From a bacterium (GTDB lineage: Bacteria; Patescibacteriota; Minisyncoccia; Phycocordibacterales; Phycocordibacteraceae): DNA of 64,000 bases. Made by a program: the position numbers and the translations under genes. The stretch lies in NCBI GenBank assembly GCA_021849125.1, contig JAJZTG010000004.1, forward strand, positions 1,025 through 65,024. Reading direction: 5' to 3'. The notes below the pieces were generated by a model. It did no database searches. It worked only from the letters and a program-made list of their open reading frames with translations, and was not told where the DNA came from. Positions 1 through 9,611 of this stretch are shown here, piece after piece (the first letter of the stretch is position 1; the number at the start of each line of letters is the position of its first letter).

Positions 1-1
1 C

Positions 2-505
2 CAGAACTATGCTATCTTCCCGTGGCTTACGACGCTCGACAACGTCGCCTTCGGCCTCAAGATGGCAGGGGTGCCGAAAAAAGAACGGGAACGCATCGCA
101 CGAGAAAAACTGAAGGAGGTCGGCCTTGTCGGTGTCGACGACCGCTACCCGATCGCGCTCTCGGGCGGCCAGCGCCAGCGGGTCGGCCTCGCCCGTGCGC
201 TCGCGGTCTCTCCCGATCTCCTCATCCTTGACGAACCGTTCTCAAATCTCGATACCATAACCGCTGAAGCTCTTAAGCTGGACCTCCTTAAGATCTGGGA
301 GAATTACGGCATGACCGTCCTTATGGTAAATCACCTCATTCCCGATGCGGTCGAGCTCTCTGATCAGATCATCATCATGGGTGCGCATCCAGGACACGTG
401 GAAGACGTGTTCTCGATCGACCTGCCTCGCCCGCGCGATATTCGCGCCACTCCTTTCTTCATCCAAGTCGACCGTCTTACCGAGAGGATCCGGAAGATCT
501 CCTAA
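2..505 (+). CDS. ABC transporter ATP-binding protein, NitT/TauT-like (5' truncated by window edge)
   Basis: QNYAIFPW Q-loop, LSGGQRQR signature, LILDEPF Walker B, C-terminal DLPRPR motif. Confidence 0.9.
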   Translation, partial: QNYAIFPWLTTLDNVAFGLKMAGVPKKERERIAREKLKEVGLVGVDDRYPIALSGGQRQRVGLARALAVSPDLLILDEPFSNLDTITAEALKLDLLKIWENYGMTVLMVNHLIPDAVELSDQIIIMGAHPGHVEDVFSIDLPRPRDIRATPFFIQVDRLTERIRKIS

Positions 506-2163
506 GCTTTCTTATCGCGTCGTGTGACTGCAGCTTTCAGAAATTCCGTAAAAAGCGGATGGGGCGAGAGCGGGCGTGCCTGGAGCTCCGGGTGAAACTG
601 CGTACCGAGCATGAAAGGATGCACCTCTTTCGGCAGCTCAGCGATTTCCATGAGGACACCGTCCGGTGAGGTGCCCGAGAAGACAAGACCTTCCTTTTCG
701 AGACGTTCCACGTACTCAGGGTTGATCTCGTAGCGATGGCGATGGCGTTCTTCGACCGTCTCGCTCTTGTAGGCACTGCGTGCGATCGTCCCCTTCTTGA
801 TACGGGCCGGATACGCGCCGAGACGCATCGTTCCGCCGTACTTCTGATTGGTGATGAGATCCTTCTGTTCAGGCATCACGTCGACGACCGGTTCGGTGGC
901 GTTCTTCTTGATCTCGGTCGTAGTCGCCTCCTTGAGGCCGAGCACGTTGCGTGCGTATTCGATCACCATGAGCTGCATGCCGTAGCAGAGCCCGAAATAC
1001 GGGATCTTCTTCTCGCGCGCGAAACGTATCGCGCGGATCTTGCCTTCGATGCCTGTCTCGCCGAAACCACCCGGCACGATGATGCCATCAAAGCCGGGAA
1101 GGATCTTGCCGACGTTCGCGCCCTCTTTGTCGAACTCTTTCGAGTTGATCCAGGTGATCTTCGCGCGCTGCCCGATCTTCGCGGCAGAGAACTTGATCGC
1201 CTCGATGACCGAAAGGTATGCATCGGAAAGGACGAAATCGCCCGTATCGAAATATTTTCCTACGACCGCGATCTTCAGCTCGGGAGCAGAACCGTCGGTC
1301 GCCGCAGTGACGAACTTCTTCCATGCGGCAAGTGACGCTTTGCGCTTATCCGGCAAGTGAAGCGCGTCGAGAAGCGCGTCGGAGAGCTTGTCTTTCTCGA
1401 AGTTGAGCGGGGCTTCGTAGATGCTCTTGATGTCCGGAGCTGAGATGACGCGCTCCTTGTGGACGTTACAGGCGATCGCGATCTTCTCCTTGCGCTTATC
1501 GTCGATCGGCTGCGGAGCGCGCGCGATGATGAAGTCGGCTTGGACGCCATAGGAGTTCAGCTCACGAACGGCATGCTGCGTCGGGCGGGTCTTCATCTCG
1601 CCGATGGTACTCGGCACCGGTAAGTACGAGACCATCACGAAGGTGACATCGTCGGGCTGACGCATCTTGAGCTCGCGTGCAGCATCGATGAAAAGCGCGT
1701 TCTGGAAATCGCCGATCGTACCGCCGATCTCGATGACGGAGATCTGGCTCCCGCTTACTTCCGCCGCTTGCCTGATACGGCGCATGATCTCATCGCGCAC
1801 ATGCGGGATGGCTTCGACACACTTGCCGCCGTAACCCAAGGCGCGCTCTTGAGCGATCACTGACTGATATACCATGCCGCTCGTCATGTAGTCGTCGCTC
1901 GTGAGATCGCGGCCGAGGAAGCGTTCGTAGTTGCCCATATCCTGATCGGTCTCGAGTCCGCTCTTCAGGACGAAGGTCTCGCCGTGCTCGGTCGGATTCA
2001 TCGTGCCGGCGTCGACGTTCAGATAGGGATCGACTTTCACGAGATTCACCGGATATCCCTTCTGTTGGAGAAGAAGACCGATCGATGAAGTGACGACGCC
2101 TTTCCCCACGCCGCTCATAACGCCCCCGAGGACGAATATGTACTTGTGACCCTTCCCTGTCAT
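502..2163 (-). CDS. pyrG: CTP synthase
   Basis: GGVMSGVGKG, DPYLNVDAGTMNPTEHGE, GATase GLCYGMQ, RHRHRYE, QFHPE. Confidence 0.98.
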   Translation of the reverse strand: MTGKGHKYIFVLGGVMSGVGKGVVTSSIGLLLQQKGYPVNLVKVDPYLNVDAGTMNPTEHGETFVLKSGLETDQDMGNYERFLGRDLTSDDYMTSGMVYQSVIAQERALGYGGKCVEAIPHVRDEIMRRIRQAAEVSGSQISVIEIGGTIGDFQNALFIDAARELKMRQPDDVTFVMVSYLPVPSTIGEMKTRPTQHAVRELNSYGVQADFIIARAPQPIDDKRKEKIAIACNVHKERVISAPDIKSIYEAPLNFEKDKLSDALLDALHLPDKRKASLAAWKKFVTAATDGSAPELKIAVVGKYFDTGDFVLSDAYLSVIEAIKFSAAKIGQRAKITWINSKEFDKEGANVGKILPGFDGIIVPGGFGETGIEGKIRAIRFAREKKIPYFGLCYGMQLMVIEYARNVLGLKEATTTEIKKNATEPVVDVMPEQKDLITNQKYGGTMRLGAYPARIKKGTIARSAYKSETVEERHRHRYEINPEYVERLEKEGLVFSGTSPDGVLMEIAELPKEVHPFMLGTQFHPELQARPLSPHPLFTEFLKAAVTRRDKKA

Positions 2164-2165
2164 AC

Positions 2166-3092
2166 CTATACCTTCAGATATTTACGGATAGCGAGAACGG
2201 ACGCTACGGCGCCAAGCGCGATACCGGAAAGCATGAGGAGAAGGAAGACCTCGATGAAATGATGGCCATAATACGCGGCGACATTAAATCCGCCGAACCA
2301 ATCGGAAGATCGCATGCCGGCGTACCAGGTCATAGGCCAAAGAAGGAGCAGGACGATGCTTGCCGCGATGATGCCGGTAATGACGCCGGTCACGATGAAC
2401 GGTCCTTGTACGTATGCGCCGCTTGCGCCCACGAGCCGCATGACCGCGATCTCGTCGCGTGCGACGTAGATCGCGAGACGGACGGTCGCGAAAGCGATGA
2501 GGATCGAAGCTATGGCGAAGAGAATCACGACGGCGAAACCGATCTCCCTTGTCGCCTTGATCGCGACCGAGAGCCGATTGATGACCTCCTTATTCTGCGC
2601 ATAGTTGATGCGATCGATGATCGACGTCCCTCCCGAAGAAAGCGCAGGCGACGCTTCGAGGAATTGGACGATGCTCTCGTACTCCGAAGGGTCCTTCGCT
2701 CGGATCTCGAGCGAGGCATCAAGCGGGTTCCCGCCGAGCTCATCAAGCGCCTGGAGCGTGAGCTGGTCGGTCGCATGACGTTCGCGGAATGCGGCGAGCG
2801 CATCTTCAGCTGAGGTATAGGAAACGTTTGCTACTTGCGGGAGCTTCTCGATCTGGCTCTTTACCGAGAGGATGTCGGCTTCGCTCGCGCTCGTAACGAA
2901 ATACACCGACACGTCCACTTTGTCCTTGATCGTATCGAGCGTGAACGTGAGGAGCGCGGAGAGGAAGATGAGTGAACCGATGATCGAAAGGGTCACCGTC
3001 ATGATGAGGACGGTTGCAGCAGAGACGGCCCCGCCTCGCATGAAACTTTTCGCACCGCTGCCGAGCACCCGTTTGAAAATCATCCAATCCAT
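2166..3092 (-). CDS. ftsX: Cell division permease FtsX
   Basis: 4-TM layout, [11 protein letters not shown] motif, directly downstream of ftsE. Confidence 0.93.
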   Translation of the reverse strand: MDWMIFKRVLGSGAKSFMRGGAVSAATVLIMTVTLSIIGSLIFLSALLTFTLDTIKDKVDVSVYFVTSASEADILSVKSQIEKLPQVANVSYTSAEDALAAFRERHATDQLTLQALDELGGNPLDASLEIRAKDPSEYESIVQFLEASPALSSGGTSIIDRINYAQNKEVINRLSVAIKATREIGFAVVILFAIASILIAFATVRLAIYVARDEIAVMRLVGASGAYVQGPFIVTGVITGIIAASIVLLLLWPMTWYAGMRSSDWFGGFNVAAYYGHHFIEVFLLLMLSGIALGAVASVLAIRKYLKV

Positions 3093-3097
3093 AGTGA

Positions 3098-3787
3098 TTA
3101 CAGTATATACTTCCCGGTCGCGTCATCGCGCACGATCTTGCCGCGGTCGATGGTGATGACTCGCTTCCCGACCGCTTCGACGATGCCTTTGTTGTGCGTC
3201 GTGATGATGACGGTCGTGCCGAGCTCATTGACCTTCTTCAGGATCTCGACGATCTCATACGTGTTGATCGGGTCGAGATTGCCGGTCGGCTCGTCGGCGA
3301 TGATGAGATCAGGCTGGTTGATGATCGCACGACCGATGGCGACACGCTGCTTCTCACCGCCTGAAAGCTGGTCGGGGAAATGACGGGCTTTGTCGGATAG
3401 GTTTACGAGCTCAAGGATGTAAGGCACGTCGCTTGCGATCTCTTCATCGGTACGACCTGCCGCTTCCATGGCAAAGGCGATGTTCTCGTACGCGGTCTTA
3501 TTAGGGATGAGGCGGAAATCCTGGAAGACCATGCCGATACGGCGACGGTAGTGGTGCAGTGCGGAGTTGGGCAAATCGTTCACATCGACCGACTCAAAGA
3601 AGACATTTCCTTCTGATGGGCGCTCCTCAGCGAGCAGGAGTTTGAGGAGGGTGGTCTTGCCGGCGCCTGAGTGGCCGACGATAGAAAGGAATTCCTTAGG
3701 GGCGACGGAGAGCGTGACGTCCTCGAGGGCTGCCAGGTCACCGTATTTCTTCGTCACCTTATCGAAATAAATCATCTCGTCCTCCAT
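3098..3787 (-). CDS. ftsE: Cell division ATP-binding protein FtsE
   Basis: [40 protein letters not shown]. Confidence 0.95.
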   Translation of the reverse strand: MEDEMIYFDKVTKKYGDLAALEDVTLSVAPKEFLSIVGHSGAGKTTLLKLLLAEERPSEGNVFFESVDVNDLPNSALHHYRRRIGMVFQDFRLIPNKTAYENIAFAMEAAGRTDEEIASDVPYILELVNLSDKARHFPDQLSGGEKQRVAIGRAIINQPDLIIADEPTGNLDPINTYEIVEILKKVNELGTTVIITTHNKGIVEAVGKRVITIDRGKIVRDDATGKYIL

Positions 3788-3857
3788 TGTACCCCGCGCT
3801 GGTCCGCTTTCAAAGCAACGTAGGCGCTGCCTCTCCTAGGAGGCATGGGGATAAGGG

Positions 3858-4742
3858 TTATTCGTCCGCCGTATCGCCTGCGACTACCGCGTCGATAAAG
3901 GGATCAAGGTCACCTTCGAGCACTTTTTCCGGATTTCCTGACTCGTGGCCAGTACGATGGTCTTTCACCATCTTGTACGGATGGAGCACATAGGAGCGAA
4001 TCTGACTCCCCCACTCGTTCGCGGTCGTCGCGGCGATAGAGCGGCCCTTGGCAGCCGCTTCGCGTTCGGCTTCTTCCTTGGCGAAGATCTTTGCGGCAAG
4101 GAGCGCGAAGGCTTTCTCGCGATTAGCCTGCTGGCTGCGCTCGCTTGAGACGTGCACTGAGAGGCCGGTCGGCTTGTGAAGGAGCCGTACGGCCGTCTCG
4201 ACCTTGTTCACGTTCTGCCCGCCCGCGCCTCCGGCGCGGGCAAACGTCATCTCTACATCAGACGGATCGATACTCACGTCTTCATTTGCTGCAAGCACCG
4301 GCAGCACCTCGACAAGCGCGAAGCTCGTCTGACGTTTTGCGTTCGCATTGAAGGGCGAGATGCGCACGAGACGATGCACGCCTGCTTCGTGCTTGAGACG
4401 GCCATAGGCGCCAGGACCCGAAACCTCGATAAGCACGTTCCGATATCCGCCGTGCGGATTCTCATTGCCGTGGAGCTCGTGCGTACGCCAGCCTTTGCTT
4501 GCAGCATACCCTTCGTACATGCGCCTGAGCATCCGTGCGAAGTCTTCGGCATCATCACCACCCGCACCCGCGAGGATTGCAAGAGTCGCGTTCCCGCTGT
4601 CGTGAGGATCGCCAGAGCCGCCCTCCTTGAGCGACTGGTACTCTGCGACCGCACGCTGTGCCGCATCCTTGTCTGCCCAGAAATCGGGCGATGCCATCAT
4701 CGCTTCGAGTTCTGTAATCCGCGTTTCTCGGGATTCGTCCAT
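3858..4742 (-). CDS. prfB: Peptide chain release factor 2 (short, no programmed frameshift)
   Basis: HRLVRISPF (SPF), [20 protein letters not shown]. Confidence 0.93.
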   Translation of the reverse strand: MDESRETRITELEAMMASPDFWADKDAAQRAVAEYQSLKEGGSGDPHDSGNATLAILAGAGGDDAEDFARMLRRMYEGYAASKGWRTHELHGNENPHGGYRNVLIEVSGPGAYGRLKHEAGVHRLVRISPFNANAKRQTSFALVEVLPVLAANEDVSIDPSDVEMTFARAGGAGGQNVNKVETAVRLLHKPTGLSVHVSSERSQQANREKAFALLAAKIFAKEEAEREAAAKGRSIAATTANEWGSQIRSYVLHPYKMVKDHRTGHESGNPEKVLEGDLDPFIDAVVAGDTADE

Positions 4743-4766
4743 ATATAGAGAGAGTGTAAACGAAAA

Positions 4767-4793
4767 ACGCCGGTTCCGCGATGCGGAACCGGC
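4767..4793 (-). terminator. Hairpin downstream of tRNA-Thr, likely intrinsic terminator
   Basis: cgccggttccgc-gat-gcggaaccggcg with A-tract on + strand (U-tract on -). Confidence 0.65.
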
Positions 4794-4799
4794 GTCCTT

Positions 4800-4875
4800 T
4801 GGAGCCGGAGGTCGGGCTTGAACCGACGACCTATGGTTTACGATACCATTGCTCTACCAACTGAGCTACTCCGGC
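4800..4875 (-). tRNA. tRNA-Thr(CGT)
   Basis: Cloverleaf GCCGGAG...CTCCGGC-T-CCA, anticodon arm ATGGT-AT CGT AA-ACCAT, GGTTCAAG T-loop. Confidence 0.95.
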
Positions 4876-4932
4876 AATCTGTTTATTTTAGCCTGATTAA
4901 CCCCTTTGTGGACGACACTGGCCACAGGCCTT

Positions 4933-4954
4933 CCACCAACTGAGCTACTCCTGC
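4933..4954 (-). repeat. Duplicated 5' fragment of tRNA-Thr (acceptor + D arm)
   Basis: ccaccaactgagctactcctgc versus ctaccaactgagctactccggc at 4854-4875. Confidence 0.7.
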
Positions 4955-5003
4955 AGAAATGCACTTTTGCGAGTCTATCGCAAAAACTGTCCTACGAACA
5001 GTG

Positions 5004-5076
5004 AGCCGGGAGTCGGGATTGAACCGACGACCCCCACCTTACCATGGTGGTGCTCTACCAACTGAGCTATCCCGGC
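5004..5076 (-). tRNA. tRNA-Thr(GGT)
   Basis: GCCGGGA acceptor, CCACC-AT GGT AA-GGTGG anticodon arm, GGTTCAAT T-loop. Confidence 0.95.
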
Positions 5077-5172
5077 ATCGCACGCACGGTGCGTACTACG
5101 AGAGTACGCTATTTCTTCCCTTCTTTCAACCGCATAAAAGCAGGAAGCCCCTTCCGGTGCTTCCTGCTTTTA

Positions 5173-5345
5173 TGCGCGAGAGACGAGCTCGGTCAGGAAT
5201 AATTTGTTCGCCGTCGCTCACAAATTTTCACGACCCTGCCTCGCTATGCTCGCATACAGCTCCGGCTTTCGAGTTCCTTTTTGAGCTGCGCTCAAAACTC
5301 TCGCTTCGTAAAGCAAAACACGCCGACGAGGCGTGTTTTGCTAAC
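5173..5345. repeat. Structured element between tRNA-Asp 3' end and a duplicate of that end
   Basis: tgcgcgagagacg at 5173-5185 and 5346-5358; several hairpins in between. Confidence 0.7.
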
Positions 5346-5347
5346 TG

Positions 5348-5421
5348 CGCGAGAGACGGGACTCGAACCCGCAACCTTCCGCGTGACAGGCGGATGCTCT
5401 AACCAGTTGAGCTACTCCCGC
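5348..5421 (-). tRNA. tRNA-Asp(GTC)
   Basis: GCGGGAG acceptor, TCCGC-CT GTC AC-GCGGA anticodon arm, GGTTCGAG T-loop. Confidence 0.95.
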
Positions 5422-5496
5422 AAGCGAGGGTCGAAATAAAGCTGGCTTTCATTTCACCCGAGCGCAGCGGGTGCAAGCCTGAAAGGCTTACTCCCA

Positions 5497-5647
5497 CAAA
5501 GTGAGGCAAACAAAGCGCGAAGCGCAACCCGTGAGAGACGCAGAAAATCACATGCTTTTGTGATTTTCTGCGGGTCGAGCGGGTTGGCGCCCCAAGGCGC
5601 CTGTTTCGCCGAACGCCGCAGGGAGAAGGCTTTGCCTACTACCGCAA
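5497..5647. repeat. ~150-bp structured repeat, copy 1, upstream of tRNA-Asp
   Basis: Homologous to 5773-5926; bounded by tactcccacaa (5489) and tactaccgcaa (5637). Confidence 0.75.
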
Positions 5648-5699
5648 CGGTTTTTGCATCTTACCAGAATGCTCTCGGATTGTCTCCTTTTGATACGGG

Positions 5700-5773
5700 T
5701 GCCGGGGGGCGGGAATGATCCGCCGACCTTAGCGTTATGAATGCTACGCTCTAACCAACTGAGCTACCCCGGC
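5700..5773 (-). tRNA. tRNA with CAT anticodon (elongator Met or Ile2), atypical T-loop
   Basis: GCCGGGG acceptor, TAGCA-TT CAT AA-CGCTA anticodon arm, T-arm GGCGG-ATCATTC-CCGCC. Confidence 0.88.
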
Positions 5774-5926
5774 AAAGTGAGGCAAACGAAGCGCGGAGCG
5801 CGACTCCGTGAGGGTCGTGAGAAAATCGCGCTCAAGAGTGATTTTATCACGAGACGAAACGAAGTCGGGCCGAAGGCCCGTTTCGCCGAACGTCGCCGGG
5901 GTATGGGCATTTCCATACCACGGCAA
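5773..5926. repeat. ~150-bp structured repeat, copy 2, upstream of tRNA(CAT)
   Basis: caaagtgaggcaaac...gtttcgccgaacg shared with copy 1; bounded by taccccggcaa (5765) and taccacggcaa (5916). Confidence 0.75.
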
Positions 5927-5945
5927 TCCTACGAGACTACCAGAT

Positions 5946-7520
5946 TTATGCGGGTAGCTCAACGATGAAAGTCGAACCCTTCTCAGCCCCTTCCGACTCT
6001 GCACGGATCGTACCGCCATGCGCTTCCGTGACTTGCTTAGCGATGAAAAGGCCGTAGCCGGTCGAGTTCACGTTCACCTTCTGCGAATCCTTTCCGTGGC
6101 CTCCTTCGGTAAAGAGGTGTGCCTTGTCCTCATCGGTAATACCGACACCCGTGTCTTTCACGCTGAAGACGTACTTGCCTTCGACCTTCTGGAGCGACAC
6201 GGTTATCGAGCCTGTCGGCGTATAGTTGACCGCATTATCGATCAGGTTACGAAGCACATGATCCCCGATCTCGCCCCGATCGCCCATCATGGCGAATGCA
6301 CCCTCAGGAGCCGTAAACGCAAGCGTGAGCCCCTTTACTTCCGCAGCCTGGCGTGCCTTCTCGACAGAATCTTGAACGAGTTCCTTCAGATCAAACGGTT
6401 CCTTCTTGAACGTGGTCGTTCCGCGCTTCAGGTTCGATGCCTTCAAGATATCGCTCACGCTCGTGACGCCATCTTCAGCATCCTGAAGCGCACGTACGAC
6501 GAACGGCTTCATGGTTTCGGAAAGTTCACCCAAATCGCCATCGACCAGGAGCGAGAAGACGCCCTGAGCCTTCGTAAGATACCCCTTCACCTCGTGCCCG
6601 ATGAAGTGGATGAGCCCCTCCTGCCGCTCATTGGTCTCCTTGAGCTCTTCGGTAAGCTGTCGCAGGCTTAGCGTATCTTGTACGATCCGCACGCTCCCGA
6701 GAAGGACGACGAGGAAAGCCGCGATATTAATCGCAATAGCGCTTGCAGAGGTTGAATAGAGGATATTCACGAAACTGAATACCGTGACCATGAAGCCCAA
6801 GAACGCAGTCGTCGCGACCTTCAGATTAAAAAGATGGTGCTTATAGATCGCATATGACGTAAGAGCGACAAAGGGTAAAAGGAAGAGTGCGCCGAGCGGA
6901 ACGAAGCCCGATTCGTTGAAGGCCGCCGGTAGGATGAAATTGAAGGTGAGGAGGAACGTAAACGTGATCGCCATGCCAATGATCACCATCGTATACGGTT
7001 GCCGCTCCCCTTTCGGAGCTCGCATCGTATTGCGCACCAAGCGCCAGATCGCCGTAGCTATGAGATAGAACACAACTATGCCGAAAAGCGGCATCGCGAT
7101 GCCTGGCTGAAGTCCATAGATCGTCCCGCTTGCCGTCACGCTCGTCACGCGTTCAAAGACATACGGGGTAAGTGCCAAGATAGAGACCGTACCCACGACC
7201 GGAATGAGCACGTACATGCCCCATCTCGACTCAAGATAGTGCTCATCGGGAAAGACGGTGGTGAGGTGGTAGAACGTGTACGCATGCCAGACTGCAAAGA
7301 ACATCACTCCGCGCAAGAGCCAGAACGCGAGGTCTCCTGCTGGCAGCTGATATGAGACGTAATTGAAGATGCTCCAAAAGACCGTTATGCCAGCGAAATA
7401 GAAAAAAGCACGGTTCGTCGCGGAGCGCGGATTATGAAAGAGGATAACGAAACCGAGCAAGCCAATACCTGCGACCGCGATGCCTACCGAAAGAAGATCG
7501 AGATTAAGGAATCCATCCAT
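5946..7520 (-). CDS. Membrane sensor histidine kinase (HisKA_7TM-like N-terminus)
   Basis: 8-9 hydrophobic segments, H-box GHEVKGYL, N-box NLIDNAVNY, DTGVG, GYGLF, GSTF. Confidence 0.9.
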   Translation of the reverse strand: MDGFLNLDLLSVGIAVAGIGLLGFVILFHNPRSATNRAFFYFAGITVFWSIFNYVSYQLPAGDLAFWLLRGVMFFAVWHAYTFYHLTTVFPDEHYLESRWGMYVLIPVVGTVSILALTPYVFERVTSVTASGTIYGLQPGIAMPLFGIVVFYLIATAIWRLVRNTMRAPKGERQPYTMVIIGMAITFTFLLTFNFILPAAFNESGFVPLGALFLLPFVALTSYAIYKHHLFNLKVATTAFLGFMVTVFSFVNILYSTSASAIAINIAAFLVVLLGSVRIVQDTLSLRQLTEELKETNERQEGLIHFIGHEVKGYLTKAQGVFSLLVDGDLGELSETMKPFVVRALQDAEDGVTSVSDILKASNLKRGTTTFKKEPFDLKELVQDSVEKARQAAEVKGLTLAFTAPEGAFAMMGDRGEIGDHVLRNLIDNAVNYTPTGSITVSLQKVEGKYVFSVKDTGVGITDEDKAHLFTEGGHGKDSQKVNVNSTGYGLFIAKQVTEAHGGTIRAESEGAEKGSTFIVELPA

Positions 7521-7537
7521 AGGAATCTACCGGCAGA

Positions 7538-8599
7538 TCACTTCTGATGATCTGCGCGAGTCAGGCCGCTATCGAATGAGAAAGCGTACCGTCCCGACGA
7601 TAGCGGACGCCCGAGCACGATTGCCTTGGCAGCATAGCAAAGGGCGGCACCGCGCATGAATGACGATTCGGCGAGCTGTGGGATGCCGACGAGCGTCTCT
7701 CCGAACTGTGCGAATGATTCGACCAATCGGGTATCAAGATATTCTGTGCCCATGAAATCGCGCGCAAGCGCCACCTTCTCTTGCGGCGTCTTCGGCGGTA
7801 TCCCGCCGGCGATGGCCGCGCGAACATGTTCTGGGAGAAGTCCGTTGAGGATAGGCGTATCCGGCTCAAGATCATACCGCTCGACATCGAGAAGGACACC
7901 CTCTCCGTTGCCCGTCACCATGATGACCGGGACGCCGTGCTCGCGCGCCACTTCGCGCACTCGAAGCTTGAGCGGTAACGCATCCATCTCTTCGACCAGC
8001 AGATCGATCTTCGGGTCCGCGATGAATGCTTCGATCGTATCCAACGCAAGGCCCTGTTCCCAAAGCTCCACGTCGTAGTAGGGGTCGACTTCAAGGATCT
8101 GCTGCGCCGAAAGAGTGGCTTTGTTCATGCCGAGGTCAGGCAGCCCGGCGCGGAAACGGTTCAGGTTCGTTACCGAGAGCTCATCCAGATCGGCAAGCTT
8201 GACCGTGTGAGCCCCTCCTTCAAGCGCGATGCAGAGCGCGCCAGGATTACCGACATTGAGTCCTGCGAAACCGATCTTCGCCTGTGCGAAACGTGCCTGT
8301 TCGTCCGAGGTCAGAAGGTTGCGGTTCCGATTAGTGCGCAATTCACGATAGGCCTCGGGACCGACGATACGCACGAGGCTCTTCCTCCATGGGTATACGG
8401 CGACGAATTCGCCAGGTTCCGTCGTGAGCGCGGCTGGCTCTGACCCGACCGACTGCGGATCGCGTATATCAGCCAATTCCTTGCATTGCTCGTCATAAGT
8501 ATCGACGAAGGCATACCCCTCTTCACGCAGTTTCGCGATGACTGACGCATCCTCGCTCTCCTGCGGATTAAGAAGTCGGACGGAAAAAGAGCTCGTCAT
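7538..8599 (-). CDS. ThiF-family adenylyltransferase (Rv1355c-like)
   Basis: LRTNRNRNLL, IGFAGLNVG, LADLDELSVTNLNR, K-x-SAQQILEVDPY, LDVERYD, PQLA. Confidence 0.85.
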   Translation of the reverse strand: MTSSFSVRLLNPQESEDASVIAKLREEGYAFVDTYDEQCKELADIRDPQSVGSEPAALTTEPGEFVAVYPWRKSLVRIVGPEAYRELRTNRNRNLLTSDEQARFAQAKIGFAGLNVGNPGALCIALEGGAHTVKLADLDELSVTNLNRFRAGLPDLGMNKATLSAQQILEVDPYYDVELWEQGLALDTIEAFIADPKIDLLVEEMDALPLKLRVREVAREHGVPVIMVTGNGEGVLLDVERYDLEPDTPILNGLLPEHVRAAIAGGIPPKTPQEKVALARDFMGTEYLDTRLVESFAQFGETLVGIPQLAESSFMRGAALCYAAKAIVLGRPLSSGRYAFSFDSGLTRADHQK

Positions 8600-8601
8600 G
8601 A

Positions 8602-9606
8602 TTATGTAAGCTTAGCATCGACTGCGACGCGCGGCGTGCGCCAAGACACTTCCCCTGGCAGTTTGCCGGCCACAAAGACGAATTGGAGCGGCTCGGCAAA
8701 CCCGAACACCGCACCGACTTCCGCGCGCGTATCAGGATATTCGATCGAAGCCACGAATACGGAATAATCGAACGCATGCGCCGTAAGCGTCAACGCAGCA
8801 TGCGATGCGGCATACCCGACCGAAAGCCATCCTGAAATACCCTCTTCTGCGGAAAAACCGAACGCTGCTGGCGCGGATGCGATGGATCCACGATTAAGCT
8901 TCGCGAGCACTTTCCCCATGTTTACGAAACGGATGACCGTCGGGAGGATCCAGCTCATGATAAGCGGCTGATTGAGCGTGTAGCCCGGCAAACCGGTCTT
9001 GCGTGGCGATCCGGTCGGCGTTATCCATTTCGACATCTCTCGTCGGAAGGCCGGTCGCGCGTAGACTCTCATCATGTTCTTCGCCGTCGCTTCAGCGATA
9101 GTATTCCGTGCGACCTCATCCGTAACCGCACGCACGACACACTGCTCGGCAATTCTTCCTGGAATTGCAAGCGCCTCAGCAAGCACGTCTTGAGGGATTA
9201 CCTCTTTACCGAAAAGGCCGCGCCGATTCCTTCGTGTGAAAATGGCTTCCGCAAGCGAGGAAGTGCTTGCGCTTTTAGTCGCTGGAGAGAAGCTTATTTC
9301 GGCAAGATACTCGCTGCCGTCCCCAAGCGTGATCTGCGGATCCATCGAGAGCCACTTGGCCAGCTGCTCTATGTGATGAATGAGAAAACCGATACTCACA
9401 TGCGTATAGCGATACTGCGGATCCGACTGCGGCAATACGATAGCAGTGTCGCGCAGGATGCGAAGGCGGTTGTGCTTGAGATCGAAAAGCCAAGGTTGGC
9501 TGTTGTGTGTCGATGGTGCGCGTACGGCGGCCGTAAGCAACTGCTTGATTTGCTCCTCAATGCTCCCAGCAAACGGAAAACGTTCCTCAAAAGTTGTTGC
9601 GTTCAT
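8602..9606 (-). CDS. Acg-type nitroreductase-fold flavoprotein
   Basis: AVRAPSTHNSQPW, IFTRRNRR, C-terminal RTPR. Confidence 0.85.
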   Translation of the reverse strand: MNATTFEERFPFAGSIEEQIKQLLTAAVRAPSTHNSQPWLFDLKHNRLRILRDTAIVLPQSDPQYRYTHVSIGFLIHHIEQLAKWLSMDPQITLGDGSEYLAEISFSPATKSASTSSLAEAIFTRRNRRGLFGKEVIPQDVLAEALAIPGRIAEQCVVRAVTDEVARNTIAEATAKNMMRVYARPAFRREMSKWITPTGSPRKTGLPGYTLNQPLIMSWILPTVIRFVNMGKVLAKLNRGSIASAPAAFGFSAEEGISGWLSVGYAASHAALTLTAHAFDYSVFVASIEYPDTRAEVGAVFGFAEPLQFVFVAGKLPGEVSWRTPRVAVDAKLT

Positions 9607-9611
9607 GGTAA

